DNA of 64,000 nucleotides, taken from contig OX597818.1 in assembly GCA_951406725.2 (NCBI GenBank), forward strand, positions 101,060,001 through 101,124,000, in the 5' to 3' direction. The stretch is from Octopus vulgaris (lineage: Eukaryota). The notes under the pieces are model-generated. The model made no database searches. It had not been told where the DNA came from and worked only from the letters and a program-made list of their open reading frames with translations. Shown piece by piece: positions 41,420 to 52,929 of this stretch. Both the position numbers and the translations under genes were made by a program. Position 1 is the first letter of the stretch. Every line of letters begins with the position of its first letter.

Positions 41420-43742
41420 TTAGTGGCATGTGTTTAGAAGTGGTCTGTATTTATTAATAAGGTGGGATTCCATGGTTATTCGCTGGGTATGAGTGGCATT
41501 GTCTTTAAATTTGTAGAGGGGAAAGATTCTAAAATTGGGATGGAGTTGTGCAGCACAGGTATCAATATGTGCACTAAATGCTATTTTTCTATATTCCTGT
41601 ATTTTTATTTGGGATCTGTGGACAGTCATGCGTTGGCGGAGGCTATTTTTTGTTTGGCCTATGTAGTGTTCATTACAGCCCGAGCAAGTTAAGACATATA
41701 CTAGGTTTTCTGATGCGCATGTGAAGTTGTGTTTTACTGTGAAACGTTGTCCTTGTTTAAAAAGGAATTCCGGACCTTCTATTAGGTTGATGCATATACC
41801 ACAGTTGGGTCTATTGCATTTGTTTACTGTGGGTTTAGTTGTTGTGGTTGGCAGTACTTTGGCATTTGTTAGGATGGTTTTCAATGATTTGGGTTGCCTT
41901 TTGCTCTTTATGATTTCGTGTGTTAGGAGGATTTGGTTCATTCTATGGTCCTTTTGTAATACAGGAATGTTCTGGAGGATGGTGTCAAAAGCTTCATTGT
42001 TGAGGGGGTTGTGTGTAGAGATGTATGGTAGAGTATGGGGTTTCGATGTAACAGGTTTAGGGCGTCTAAGTTCCTGCGTGCTGAGTTTTAGGGCGCGTTG
42101 GATCCCATTGTCAATTAGTGACGTGGGGTAATCCCTGCTTGTTAATGTGCCCTTGAGTTCTTGTAGACGTAAGAGACGGGTGTTTTTATTGGAGACTATA
42201 GTGCAAATTCTCTTGGCTAAGTTGTAGGGAATGTTAATTTTAACGTGTCTAGGGTGGCATGAATTGAAAGGGAGGTATTGCTTGGAGTCTGTGGGCTTGT
42301 AGTATATGTATGTTTCTATTTTTTGTTGTGAATTTTAATGAGGATGTCGAGGAAGGGAATTTGTTGAGGGCTGTATTCCATTGTGAAAATAATGTCTGTG
42401 TTGAGCCCATTTATAAGAGTGTGAAATTCGTTAAGCTTCTCGACGGTTTCGGGCCAAAGGATGAAGCAGTCATCAAGATATCTCTTCCAGTTCTTCTCTA
42501 TGTGTGTGTGGAGAGTGGTGCCAAATTGGTTAAGAACGTTATTATAGAGGGTGATTTCCAGGTATCCCATGACTAAGTTGGCGTAAGTGGGAGCTGTTTT
42601 CGTTCCCATTGCCGTCCCTGATTTCTGTCTGTAGAATTTGTTGTTGAAGGTGAAGAAATTATTCTCTAAGATGAATTTGAGTCCTTCTAAAATAAATTCC
42701 TTTTTTATGCGGTGTGGGAGTTCGTTGGAGTAATTATCCAGCCAGAATTGGATAGCTTCTATTCCTAGGTTGTGGAGGATGTTGGAGTAAAGATTGACTA
42801 CATCGAATGTTACTAGCAGGGTTTGTTCAGCAAGAAGTGTATTGGGGAGGTGGTTGAGCATATCTAGATCGTCCCTTATGTAGCTTTTAATGTGTTTGAG
42901 GAACGGCTTGAGAAGGGTATCAATGAAGTTGCTAAGGCGGTGGGTTTCGCAAGCGGGACCTGCTATTATAGGTCTCAATTTGAGGTCATTTGGTGAGGGG
43001 ACATTGATTACAGAGTTTGTGGCTTCCTTGCATGCCTTACTTATTAATTCGCTTTTATGAATTTTGAGAATACCGTAGAAGAGGCTGGTTTTACTAGTGA
43101 AATTTGTGATGAAGTTGAATTCTTTGTTAGTGAGTTCTTCTTTGTGGGGGTTGATCAGGGTTTTTAAGTTTCTCATAATTTTCTGTTGATTGTAGTGTTC
43201 AGCCTTTTCGTAATATGTTCCATTTTCCAAGGTGGAGAGTGCTAAGTTGATATAGTATTCTGTCTCCATTAAGACTACTGCACTTCCTTTATCGGCCTCT
43301 TTAATGGTGATAGATCTTTCATTTTTTAATTTGTTTAATTCTTCCCACTCTTTCTTGTTGAGGTTTGGTTTGGGTTTTGGTTTGTGTAAGTGTTGGTAGG
43401 GGAAGTTTGTAATGTGCTCACAGAATTCGTCTAGGATTTTATTTCTACCTTTTCGTGGGGTGTAGTTGCTTTTATTTCTAGCTAGTGACTCATCCTCTTT
43501 GTGCTGGTCGAATAGTTCCTCACTAAGTCGCAATTTTCTACAAAATTCTGTAATGTCTTCCTTCATTTCGTAGTAGTTTGGACGTGGGGGGTTGGTGTGA
43601 ATTTCAGACCTTTGGAGAGTAAGTTGAGAAGGTTGGGGTTGGGTTCTGTATTGGTTAAATTGATGACTTTAATTAGTTTATGTTTCTCTTCCCTGTCCTG
43701 TGTTATTTTGTTTGCCTGTATCTGTGTGCTGTGTCTAAAAAA
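41420..43742 (-). pseudogene. PLE ORF2: reverse transcriptase, Cys linker and GIY-YIG endonuclease, with two 1-nt deletions (~43586 and ~42320)
   Basis: LLSKGLKF, KEADKG, RPII, VTFDVVNLYSNI, GTAMG, WKRYLDDCF, PFLD, YYKPT...HP, CNRPNCGIC, NLVYVLTCSGCNEHYIGQT. Confidence 0.92.
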
Positions 43743-43793
43743 TGGTTGGGGTAGAGGGGTTGTCTGTTGGTGTTAGGAGGTCCTGTGTGTTTG

Positions 43794-44999
43794 TTATATT
43801 CCTTGTTGTGAAATATGGTTCGGGTTCGTGGTTGTGGATAGAATGGGGTGTTCCTGTATTGCGGGTGTTGGTGTGTGTTTCTTTGTGTTGTGATGGATTG
43901 TGGTGATATGAGTGGCCTGCGTGGGTGCTTGTATCGAGTGGTATGGGTTTGTTGTGTATATGTGAGAGTTGAGAAAGTGAAAATTACCTTGTTGTCCCCT
44001 CGTGGTGTGGATGTTGTTGTGTCTATCCTGGTAGTGGGATCCTCTTTTATTTGTTAATAAGGTATTCGAGTAGTTGTTGAGTTGTTGTGTGTAGCGTCTC
44101 CTTGAAGAGGGAAATTCGTTAATGTAATTCTGGTGGTGAGAGTTTCCAGGGTTCTTGTTCCTCCTTATGGACGTGGGGTAAGAAGGTACATCTTCAATAT
44201 GCTGTTTCCTTCTTTTGTTCAAGGTTGGAGGGTTGGCGGAGTAGTTGTGTGGTTGGGTTCCTGGTTTTCCCATTTTTATGAACGGGTTATTGGAAGAGTA
44301 ATCCGTTTTGAAAGTCGATTCATAGTTTAGGAACCAAGCGGCACTTTTTTCCCAGCGTTGTAGGGATTTTAGTTCCTCTTTGTTGCAGTCATCTTTCCAT
44401 AACTTGGAGATCTTCTCTATGTGTAGGCTTTCGGCCTTGTTATTTATTACGAGGAGGATCTCTTCATCGATTGTTTTGACTCTTTCCTCATTTGTTTGGG
44501 CCCTTAATTTGAGAAGTTCAATCTCTGTTTTCAGTCTCTCTAATGCCATTCTTTCCCTAAGTCGTCTTTGAGGTTCAGGTTCATTGGGAATGGCTTTTAA
44601 TTGTATTTTGCGGGGAAGAGTTAGAGGAGTAGAGTTCATCCATTTTTCGTATATCTCGGCCTTGTTGTTGTTTCTAATCATTTTCCAGAAGGAGAACTTT
44701 CTGTCTCTGAGGGATTTGTTCCATTCTGGGATTATATGATTTTTCAGTTTGTATGAATCAATTTGACATGGTTCTTCTTTGTTTTTGGCTGGGTTAGTGG
44801 TGGTGAAAAAGGTGTGGATCGTATCACACAGAGTTTGTAGCTTATCGCCGATTTCGGAGGGTTTGTGTCCGGTAATGGTTTCCTCATTAGTAGAGTCCAA
44901 TTTGTTGACTAGTACAGAGAGGTTGGTGTTGATGTTTTTGAGTTCCTGTAGGATTTCTTCGTTTAAGTTGATTAGGGTGGTTTCAGTTTTTGTAGACAT
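43794..44999 (-). CDS. PLE ORF1, 401 aa from MSTKTETT: predicted coiled-coil/helical N-terminal part and an N/H/T/P-rich disordered tail
   Basis: Intact ORF immediately downstream of the pLTR. The track start at 45095 is a TTG; the first ATG is at 44999. Heptad-like LINLNEEILQELKNINTNLSVLVNKL. Confidence 0.8.
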   Translation of the reverse strand: MSTKTETTLINLNEEILQELKNINTNLSVLVNKLDSTNEETITGHKPSEIGDKLQTLCDTIHTFFTTTNPAKNKEEPCQIDSYKLKNHIIPEWNKSLRDRKFSFWKMIRNNNKAEIYEKWMNSTPLTLPRKIQLKAIPNEPEPQRRLRERMALERLKTEIELLKLRAQTNEERVKTIDEEILLVINNKAESLHIEKISKLWKDDCNKEELKSLQRWEKSAAWFLNYESTFKTDYSSNNPFIKMGKPGTQPHNYSANPPTLNKRRKQHIEDVPSYPTSIRRNKNPGNSHHQNYINEFPSSRRRYTQQLNNYSNTLLTNKRGSHYQDRHNNIHTTRGQQGNFHFLNSHIYTTNPYHSIQAPTQATHITTIHHNTKKHTPTPAIQEHPILSTTTNPNHISQQGI

Positions 45000-45134
45000 T
45001 TTCTGTATCTCGTGCGGGGATATGATATTTAAAAAAAGGAGATGTCGAACACGAGTGGTGATATATAAAAAAGGAAATGAAGAAAATGCTGACAAATAAT
45101 TGAAGTAATTTAAGTAATTTAATTAGGTGAAAGT

Positions 45135-45181
45135 TCTTTTTACCGGTTGCGCATTTGTTATGCTTATCAAAATATAAAAGA
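45135..45181 (-). ncRNA. Variant minimal hammerhead-like motif in pLTR copy 2, ~140 nt upstream of the ORF1 ATG
   Basis: Reverse complement of 50454-50500. Confidence 0.45.
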
Positions 45182-45204
45182 GAGATTAGAGTCTGTCTCT
45201 TATA

Positions 45205-45410
45205 TGTGAAAAAAAGAGGCTCCAGAGTTGTTTTGGATTTGCTTGGTTTCGCGCCTAAAATTTTGATTGGTCATTATGAAGGGGTCACGTGAATGTTTGA
45301 ATGGAAGTTGGTGTTGGGGTAAGAAAAAAGGCTCCAGAGAAGTTAAAATTTGGCTAGTGTCCCGCCTAAAATTTCTTATTGGCCATAATAAAGAGGTCAC
45401 GTGAATGTTT
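45205..45410 (-). promoter_or_regulatory. Putative pLTR promoter: two 112-bp modules, each with an E-box, a CCAAT box and an E2F/GC-like site
   Basis: CACGTG at 45286 and 45398; ATTGG in each module; TTTCGCGC at 45247 and TCCCGCC at 45360; located upstream of ORF1. Confidence 0.5.
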
Positions 45411-45892
45411 AGAATTTTCGAAAATAGTGTTGTTGAACATTCTTATTGTTCAGGCTGGTCAGTAGACGTCATGTGGATATTTTAAATAGCTTTTTAGCGC
45501 GTAGTTAGGGAGTGTATTTTCCGCTTGACTGGATAAGTAAGTTCGTTTAGAACAGGGAGAGCTGTATGTATGTATGTGTGTGCGCGCGCGCGCGTGTGTG
45601 TGTTTATATGTATGTTGGGGCGCGCGCGCGTGTATATATGTGTGTGTGTGTGTGTGGGTACAATTTTCAATATTTATAGTTCTGCTGGCCTTGTGCCTGT
45701 ATCGGGAAGCAACGTATTTGTGTGAAGTCAATATTTACAGCCATTTCCAAAAATAGTGTTGGATGTTTTGCACCCGTATTCAATTATGTGTATGTGTGGA
45801 ACCATATATTTGTGTGTGTCATGGTGTTAATATCTGGGTAAAGGTGTGTGTAGGGTGTGTGCAGGTGTAAGTGTGTTTGTTGTGGGTTCGTG

Positions 45893-46788
45893 TTAGGGGC
45901 ATGTGTTTAGAAGTGGTCTGTATTTATTAATAAGGTGGGATTCCATGGTTATTCGCTGGGTATGAGTGGCATTGTCTTTAAATTTGTAGAGGGGAAAGAT
46001 TCTAAAATTGGGATGGAGTTGTGCGGCACAGGTATCAATATGTGCACTAAATGCTATTTTTCTATATTCCTGTATTTTTATTTGGGATCTGTGGACAGTC
46101 ATGCGTTGGCGGAGGCTATTTTTTGTTTGGCCTATGTAGTGTTCATTACAGCCCGAGCAAGTTAAGACATATACTAGGTTTTCTGATGCGCATGTGAAGT
46201 TGTGTTTTACTGTGAAACGTTGTCCTTGTTTAAAAAGGAATTCCGGACCTTCTATTAGGTTGATGCATATACCACAGTTGGGTCTATTGCATTTGTTTAC
46301 TGTGGGTTTAGTTGTTGTGGTTGGCAGTACTTTGGCATTTGTTAGGATGGTTTTCAATGATTTGGGTTGCCTTTTGCTCTTTATGATTTCGTGTGTTAGG
46401 AGGATTTGGTTCATTCTATGGTCCTTTTGTAATACAGGAATGTTCTGGAGGATGGTGTCAAAAGCTTCATTGTTGAGGGGGTTGTGTGTAGAGATGTATG
46501 GTAGAGTATGGGGTTTCGATGTAACAGGTTTAGGGCGTCTAAGTTCCTGCGTGCTGAGTTTTAGGGCGCGTTGGATCCCATTGTCAATTAGTGACGTGGG
46601 GTAATCCCTGCTTGTTAATGTGCCCTTGAGTTCTTGTAGACGTAAGAGACGGGTGTTTTTATTGGAGACTATAGTGCAAATTCTCTTGGCTAAGTTGTAG
46701 GGAATGTTAATTTTAACGTGTCTAGTGTGGCATGAATTGAAAGGGAGGTATTGCTTGGAGTCTGTGGGCTTGTAGTATATGTCTGTTT
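45893..46788 (-). pseudogene. 5'-truncated copy of ORF2 (thumb plus GIY-YIG) forming the upstream partial tandem
   Basis: Near-identical to 41420-42316; ends LLNTCP instead of LLNTCH. Confidence 0.9.
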
Positions 46789-47365
46789 AAAATCCCTACA
46801 ACGCTGGGAAAAAAGTGCCGCCTGGTTCCTAAACTATGAATCGACTTTCAAAACGGTTTACTCTTCCAATAACCCGTTCATAAAAATGGGAAAACCAGGA
46901 ACCCAACCACACAACTACTCCGCCAACCCTCCAACCTTGAACAAAAGAAGGAAACAGCATATTGAAGATGTACCTTCTTACCCCACGTCCATAAGGAGGA
47001 ACATGAACCCTGGAAACTCTCACCACCAGAATTACATTAACGAATTTCCCTCTTCAAGGAGACGCTACACACAACAACTCAACAACTACTCGAATACCTT
47101 ATTAACAAATAAAAGAGGATCCCACTACCAGGATAGACACAACAACATCCACACCACGAGGGGACAACAAGGTAATTTTCACTTTCTCAACTCTCACATA
47201 TACACAACAAACCCATACCACTCGATACAAGCACCCACGCAGGCCACTCATATCACCACAATCCATCACAACACAAAGAAACACACACCAACACCCGCAA
47301 TACAGGAACACCCCATTCTATCCACAACCACGAACCCGAACCATATTTCACAACAAGGAATATAA
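46788..47365 (+). pseudogene. 5'-truncated ORF1 of the inverted copy
   Basis: KSLQRWEKSAAWF...NHISQQGI* matches the C-terminal half of ORF1 with two amino-acid changes. Confidence 0.9.
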
Positions 47366-47416
47366 CAAACACACAGGACCTCCTAACACCAACAGACAAC
47401 CCCTCTACCCCAACCA

Positions 47417-49741
47417 TTTTTTAGACACAGCACACAGATACAGGCAAACAAAATAACACAGGACAGGGAAGAGAAACATAAACTAATTAAAGTCATCAAT
47501 TTAACCAATACAGAACCCAACCCCAACCTTCTCAACTTACTCTCCAAAGGTCTGAAATTCACACCAACCCCCTCACGTCCAAACTACTACGAAATGAAGG
47601 AAGACATTACAGAATTTTGTAGAAAATTGCGACTTAGTGAGGAACTATTCGACCAGCACAAAGAGGATGAGTCACTAGCTAGAAATAAAAGCAACTACAC
47701 CACACGAAAAGGTAGAAATAAAATCCTAGACGAATTCTGTGAGCACATTACAAACTTCCCCTACCAACACTTACACAAACCAAAACCCAAACCAAACCTC
47801 AACAAGAAAGAGTGGGAAGAATTAAACAAATTAAAAAATGAAAGATCTATCACCATTAAAGAGGCCGATAAAGGAAGTGCAGTAGTCTTAATGGAGACAG
47901 AATACTATATCAACTTAGCACTCTCCACCTTGGAAAATGGAACATATTACGAAAAGGCTGAACACTACAATCAACAGAAAATTATGAGAAACTTAAAAAC
48001 CCTGATCAACCCCCACAAAGAAGAACTCACTAACAAAGAATTCAACTTCATCACAAATTTCACTAGTAAAACCAGCCTCTTCTACGGTATTCCCAAAATT
48101 CATAAAAGCGAATTAATAAGTAAGGCATGCAAGGAAGCCACAAACTCTGTAATCAATGTCCCCTCACCAAATGACCTCAAATTGAGACCTATAATAGCAG
48201 GTCCCGCTTGCGAAACCCACCGCCTTAGCAACTTCATTGATACCCTTCTCAAGCCGTTCCTCAAACACATTAAAAGCTACATAAGGGACGATCTAGATAT
48301 GCTCAACCACCTCCCCAATACACTTCTTGCTGAACAAACCCTGCTAGTAACATTCGATGTAGTCAATCTTTACTCCAACATCCCCCACAACCTAGGAATA
48401 GAAGCTATCCAATTCTGGCTGGATAATTACTCCAACGAACTCCCACACCGCATAAAAAGGAATTTATTTTAGAAGGACTCAAAATTCATCTTAGAGAATA
48501 ATTTCTTCACCTTCAACATCAAATTCTACAGACAGAAATCAGGGACGGCAATGGGAACGAAAACAGCTCCCACTTACGCCAACTTAGTCATGGGATACCT
48601 GGAAATCACCCTCTATAATAACGTTCTTAACCAATTTGGCACCACTCTCCACACACACATAGAGAAGAACTGGAAGAGATATCTTGATGACTGCTTCATC
48701 CTTTGGCCCGAAACCGTCGAGAAGCTTAACGAATTTCACACTCTTATAAATGGGCTCAACACAGACATTATTTTCACAATGGAATACAGCCCTCAACAAA
48801 TTCCCTTCCTCGACATCCTCATTAAAATTCACAACAAAAAAATAGAAACATACATATACTACAAGCCCACAGACTCCAAGCAATACCTCCCTTTCAATTC
48901 ATGCCACCCTAGACACGTTAAAATTAACATTCCCTACAACTTAGCCAAGAGAATTTGCACTATAGTCTCCAATAAAAACACCCGTCTCTTACGTCTACAA
49001 GAACTCAAGGGCACATTAACAAGCAGGGATTACCCCACGTCACTAATTGACAATGGGATCCAACGCGCCCTAAAACTCAGCACGCAGGAACTTAGACGCC
49101 CTAAACCTGTTACATCGAAACCCCATACTCTACCATACATCTCTACACACAACCCCCTCAACAATGAAGCTTTTGACACCATCCTCCAGAACATTCCTGT
49201 ATTACAAAAGGACCATAGAATGAACCAAATCCTCCTAACACACGAAATCATAAAGAGCAAAAGGCAACCCAAATCATTGAAAACCATCCTAACAAATGCC
49301 AAAGTACTGCCAACCACAACAACTAAACCCACAGTAAACAAATGCAATAGACCCAACTGTGGTATATGCATCAACCTAATAGAAGGTCCGGAATTCCTTT
49401 TTAAACAAGGACAACGTTTCACAGTAAAACACAACTTCACATGCGCATCAGAAAACCTAGTATATGTCTTAACTTGCTCGGGCTGTAATGAACACTACAT
49501 AGGCCAAACAAAAAATAGCCTCCGCCAACGCATGACTGTCCACAGATCCCAAATAAAAATACAGGAATATAGAAAAATAGCATTTAGTGCACATATTGAT
49601 ACCTGTGCCGCACAACTCCATCCCAATTTTAGAATCTTTCCCCTCTACAAATTTAAAGACAATGCCACTCATACCCAGCGAATAACCATGGAATCCCACC
49701 TTATTAATAAATACAGACCACTTCTAAACACATGCCACTAA
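47417..49741 (+). pseudogene. PLE ORF2 (RT plus GIY-YIG) of the inverted copy, with compensating -1/+1 homopolymer indels at ~48456 and ~48482
   Basis: Track ORFs 47594-48472 and 48551-49741 are in the same frame and carry all RT and GIY-YIG motifs; the frame is open from 47387. Confidence 0.92.
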
Positions 49742-50453
49742 CACGAACCCACAACAAACACACTTACACCTGCACACACCCTACACACACCTTTACCCAG
49801 ATATTAACACCATGACACACACAAATATATGGTTCCACACATACACATAATTGAATACGGGTGCAAAACATCCAACACTATTTTTTGGAAATGGCTGTAA
49901 ATATTGACTTCACACAAATACGTTGCTTCCCGATACAGGCACAAGGCCAGCAGAACTATAAATATTGAAAATTGTACCCACACACACACACACACATATA
50001 TACACGCGCGCGCGCCCCAACATACATGTAAACACACACGCGCGCGCGCGCACACACACATACATACATACAGCTCTCCCTGTTCTAAACGAACTTACTT
50101 ATCCAGTCAAGCGGAAAATACACTCCCTAACTACGCGCTAAAAAGCTATTTAAAATATCCACATGACGTCTACTGACCAGCCTGAACAATAAGAATGTTC
50201 AACAACACTATTTTCGAAAATTCTAAACATTCACGTGACCTCTTTATTATGGCCAATAAGAAATTTTAGGCGGGACACTAGCCAAATTTTAACTTCTCTG
50301 GAGCCTTTTTTCTTACCCCAACACCAACTTCCATTCAAACATTCACGTGACCCCTTCATAATGACCAATCAAAATTTTAGGCACGAAACCAAGCAAATCC
50401 AAAACAACTCTGGTGCCTCTTTTTTTCACATATAAGAGACAGACTCTAATCTC

Positions 50454-50500
50454 TCTTTTATATTTTGATAAGCATAACAAATGCGCAACCGGTAAAAAGA
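50454..50500 (+). ncRNA. Variant minimal hammerhead-like motif in pLTR copy 3
   Basis: TTGATAA (U3-A8 in place of C3-G8), stem II GCAT aacaa ATGC, GCAA in place of GAAA, palindromic ACCGGT stem III, GUA triplet and a weak U/A stem I. Confidence 0.45.
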
Positions 50501-50564
50501 ACTTTCACCTAATTAAATTACTTAAATTACTTCAATTATTTGTCAGCATTTTCTTCATTTCCTT

Positions 50565-50617
<53 letters not shown>

Positions 50618-50769
50618 TACATTTCGCATCCTTATTTAGGATCCCATAATTATATTTCTACATGAATAATATTTTTCTATATGAATGATATTTTGTCTGA
50701 TGACTAATTCGTCTTTTGTGCTGAGCCACTGGTAGTAATCTATATTATTACCCTTTTTTTATATGTAAA

Positions 50770-50800
<31 letters not shown>

Positions 50801-50841
50801 TATATATATTATATTAAATTAGAGACAAAACCATTATTAGG

Positions 50842-50889
<48 letters not shown>

Positions 50890-52929
50890 TACATATATAT
50901 ATATACTGTCTCAGAAAAAGATATCACCATATGGACTATTACATCCGATGAAGATGGGGTATAAATAATATCAACACGCAATTATAAATTTAATTAGTGG
51001 TAAATAGTTTTATGGTATCAGATTAAATCTATAACTTTTAGCCCTACATGTTAAACTTCCCTGGAAACAACGCAACTGACAATATATGGCTTGCCTTGCA
51101 AAATTTATATGAACCATATTATTCAATTTAACTCTTTTTGTTCTGCAATAGATCTCAACAAAAAAAGAAACTCTTGTGAAAAAAGATTAAGGTATACACC
51201 AATTCTTTTTCTTCATATCTTCTAGCGATTATCATCCCCCAGTTCGATTTTACACTGTATCATTTCCGCTAAAATACCAAACCTGTTAGTATTCAGTAAT
51301 ATTCACCTAAGCCTAAAGTTCGCTACTGTTCTAGAAAAACTCAATCTCATTCAGAGTATCTCGTTGCCCACTGCACTTTGCATTTACGTCTCTTTAACTT
51401 GATAATAATTTACAATATGTATCAATACATTCCATATTTACAGAAATATTTACAATTGTATCAATACATTCCATATTTACAGAAATGAAAGACGATGTGT
51501 GTAAGCATTAGCAGAGAATAATCAGCAAAGATGAGTCTAGATACAAATGCTATTTATTCCTCAAGCTGTAGACATAACGACAAGGACATACTTATTGGCT
51601 TCGCACTGGATTTTTAAAGAAATTCCATGAGCATCAAAGACTCCTAAATCTATGCCCTAAATTCTTACAATCCCAAATATTCAAAACCGATAAAAAATTG
51701 TTTTTAAATCTTTTGATACGTTCTTCGGTGATTTAGTACAGACATTCCTCCTTTATATGTTTAATGCTTTCTGAAAAATCTTTAGCGCGTGTTCCAGCAA
51801 TAAATCTTTCCGCAAATATACAACTCGTATGTATTAGTACAGGTCAGCTCATCTTCTCTACTTTCTTCCCATAACAGTTCATATAAATACACGGTTGCGT
51901 ATAGCTATGTGATGATAGCCATTTTATATAATCTTGTTTACTGCAATGTAAACTGGTTTCGGGACTAGTGCTTTTTTCGAATTTTACGCATAATATAGCA
52001 TGTTTATCACAAAAAAAAAAACGTGTACTTCGTCTTTTATTTATAAGGCAGCTTCAGAATAAATTTCACATTTTAAACCCAAATAAACTTATATCAGTAT
52101 CCGAAGTAAAAATACGACTTAGTTTACACAGTTACTCTACCAGCAAACCTGTGGATAGGAATTACTAATAATACGTAATAATTTGACTACCACTATTTAT
52201 AGAGTAAGAAGATTATATAGATATCAACTTTAAATTTAGCGAATCTTTCCCAATAATTACTGATATGATTTTGATCCATGCATTCATTCATTACAACCTT
52301 TTGAATGCACGCTATTCTCTTCGTCATTACCTACTTTATTCTACGATGAGAGCCAAGTTGGGGAGATATTTAAATCTTATACATCATATACCTTATAATC
52401 AATATATTATAAATATTGAAGTACATTGGCTTTCATAAGATTTGCGCTAGGTCACAAGTGGCCGAACTGGATGTATATTCATGTTTTAAGAATCAGAATG
52501 GTTAATTTTCCATTATTTAAACAATATGAATTAGGTAATTAATTGCATGTATGGCTTATGCTACGTATGTTGGGTCAAATAGCGCAAGAAATTATTACAT
52601 TTCATTCCCAATGGTTTCCAACATGCAAAAATTAGAGCACACAGGAATACAGTCACTAATGCGTGCGCACGTACACACATATGCACATACACATATATAT
52701 GTATAACAAGACGAAAGTTCCTTTGGTTATGAATTAAAAAATATGTACTTTAGTGAGTGCTACTGCTTAACTATTGTTTTGTATCCAAAACTGAAAACGT
52801 GAAAATATGAAATGTTTTCCATACGAATTCATTAATGAAATATTTGCTCAGATGAGCGTTTCTACCATTGTCTAAAGAATTTATTTTTATTTGGGCTAAT
52901 CTAATAGACCTCAATGAATACAATATTTA

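Larger units (their letters stand above)
40551..50576. mobile_element. Neptune-type Penelope-like element array: full unit and partial tandem copy on the minus strand (40551-46788), joined to an inverted 5'-truncated copy on the plus strand (46788-50576)
   Basis: The direct repeat 40551-42316 recurs at 45025-46788 (offset ~4474); 46788-50570 is the reverse complement of ~40590-44371; (AT)n flanks both sides. Confidence 0.95.

Noticed and set aside
41462-44571. Plus-strand ORFs antisense to the PLE
   Set aside because: Shadow ORFs of the A/C-rich coding strand; no motifs.
46751-47365. 204-aa ORF as an independent gene
   Set aside because: Chimera across the inversion junction at ~46788 with a TTG start; the first 12 residues are antisense ORF2.
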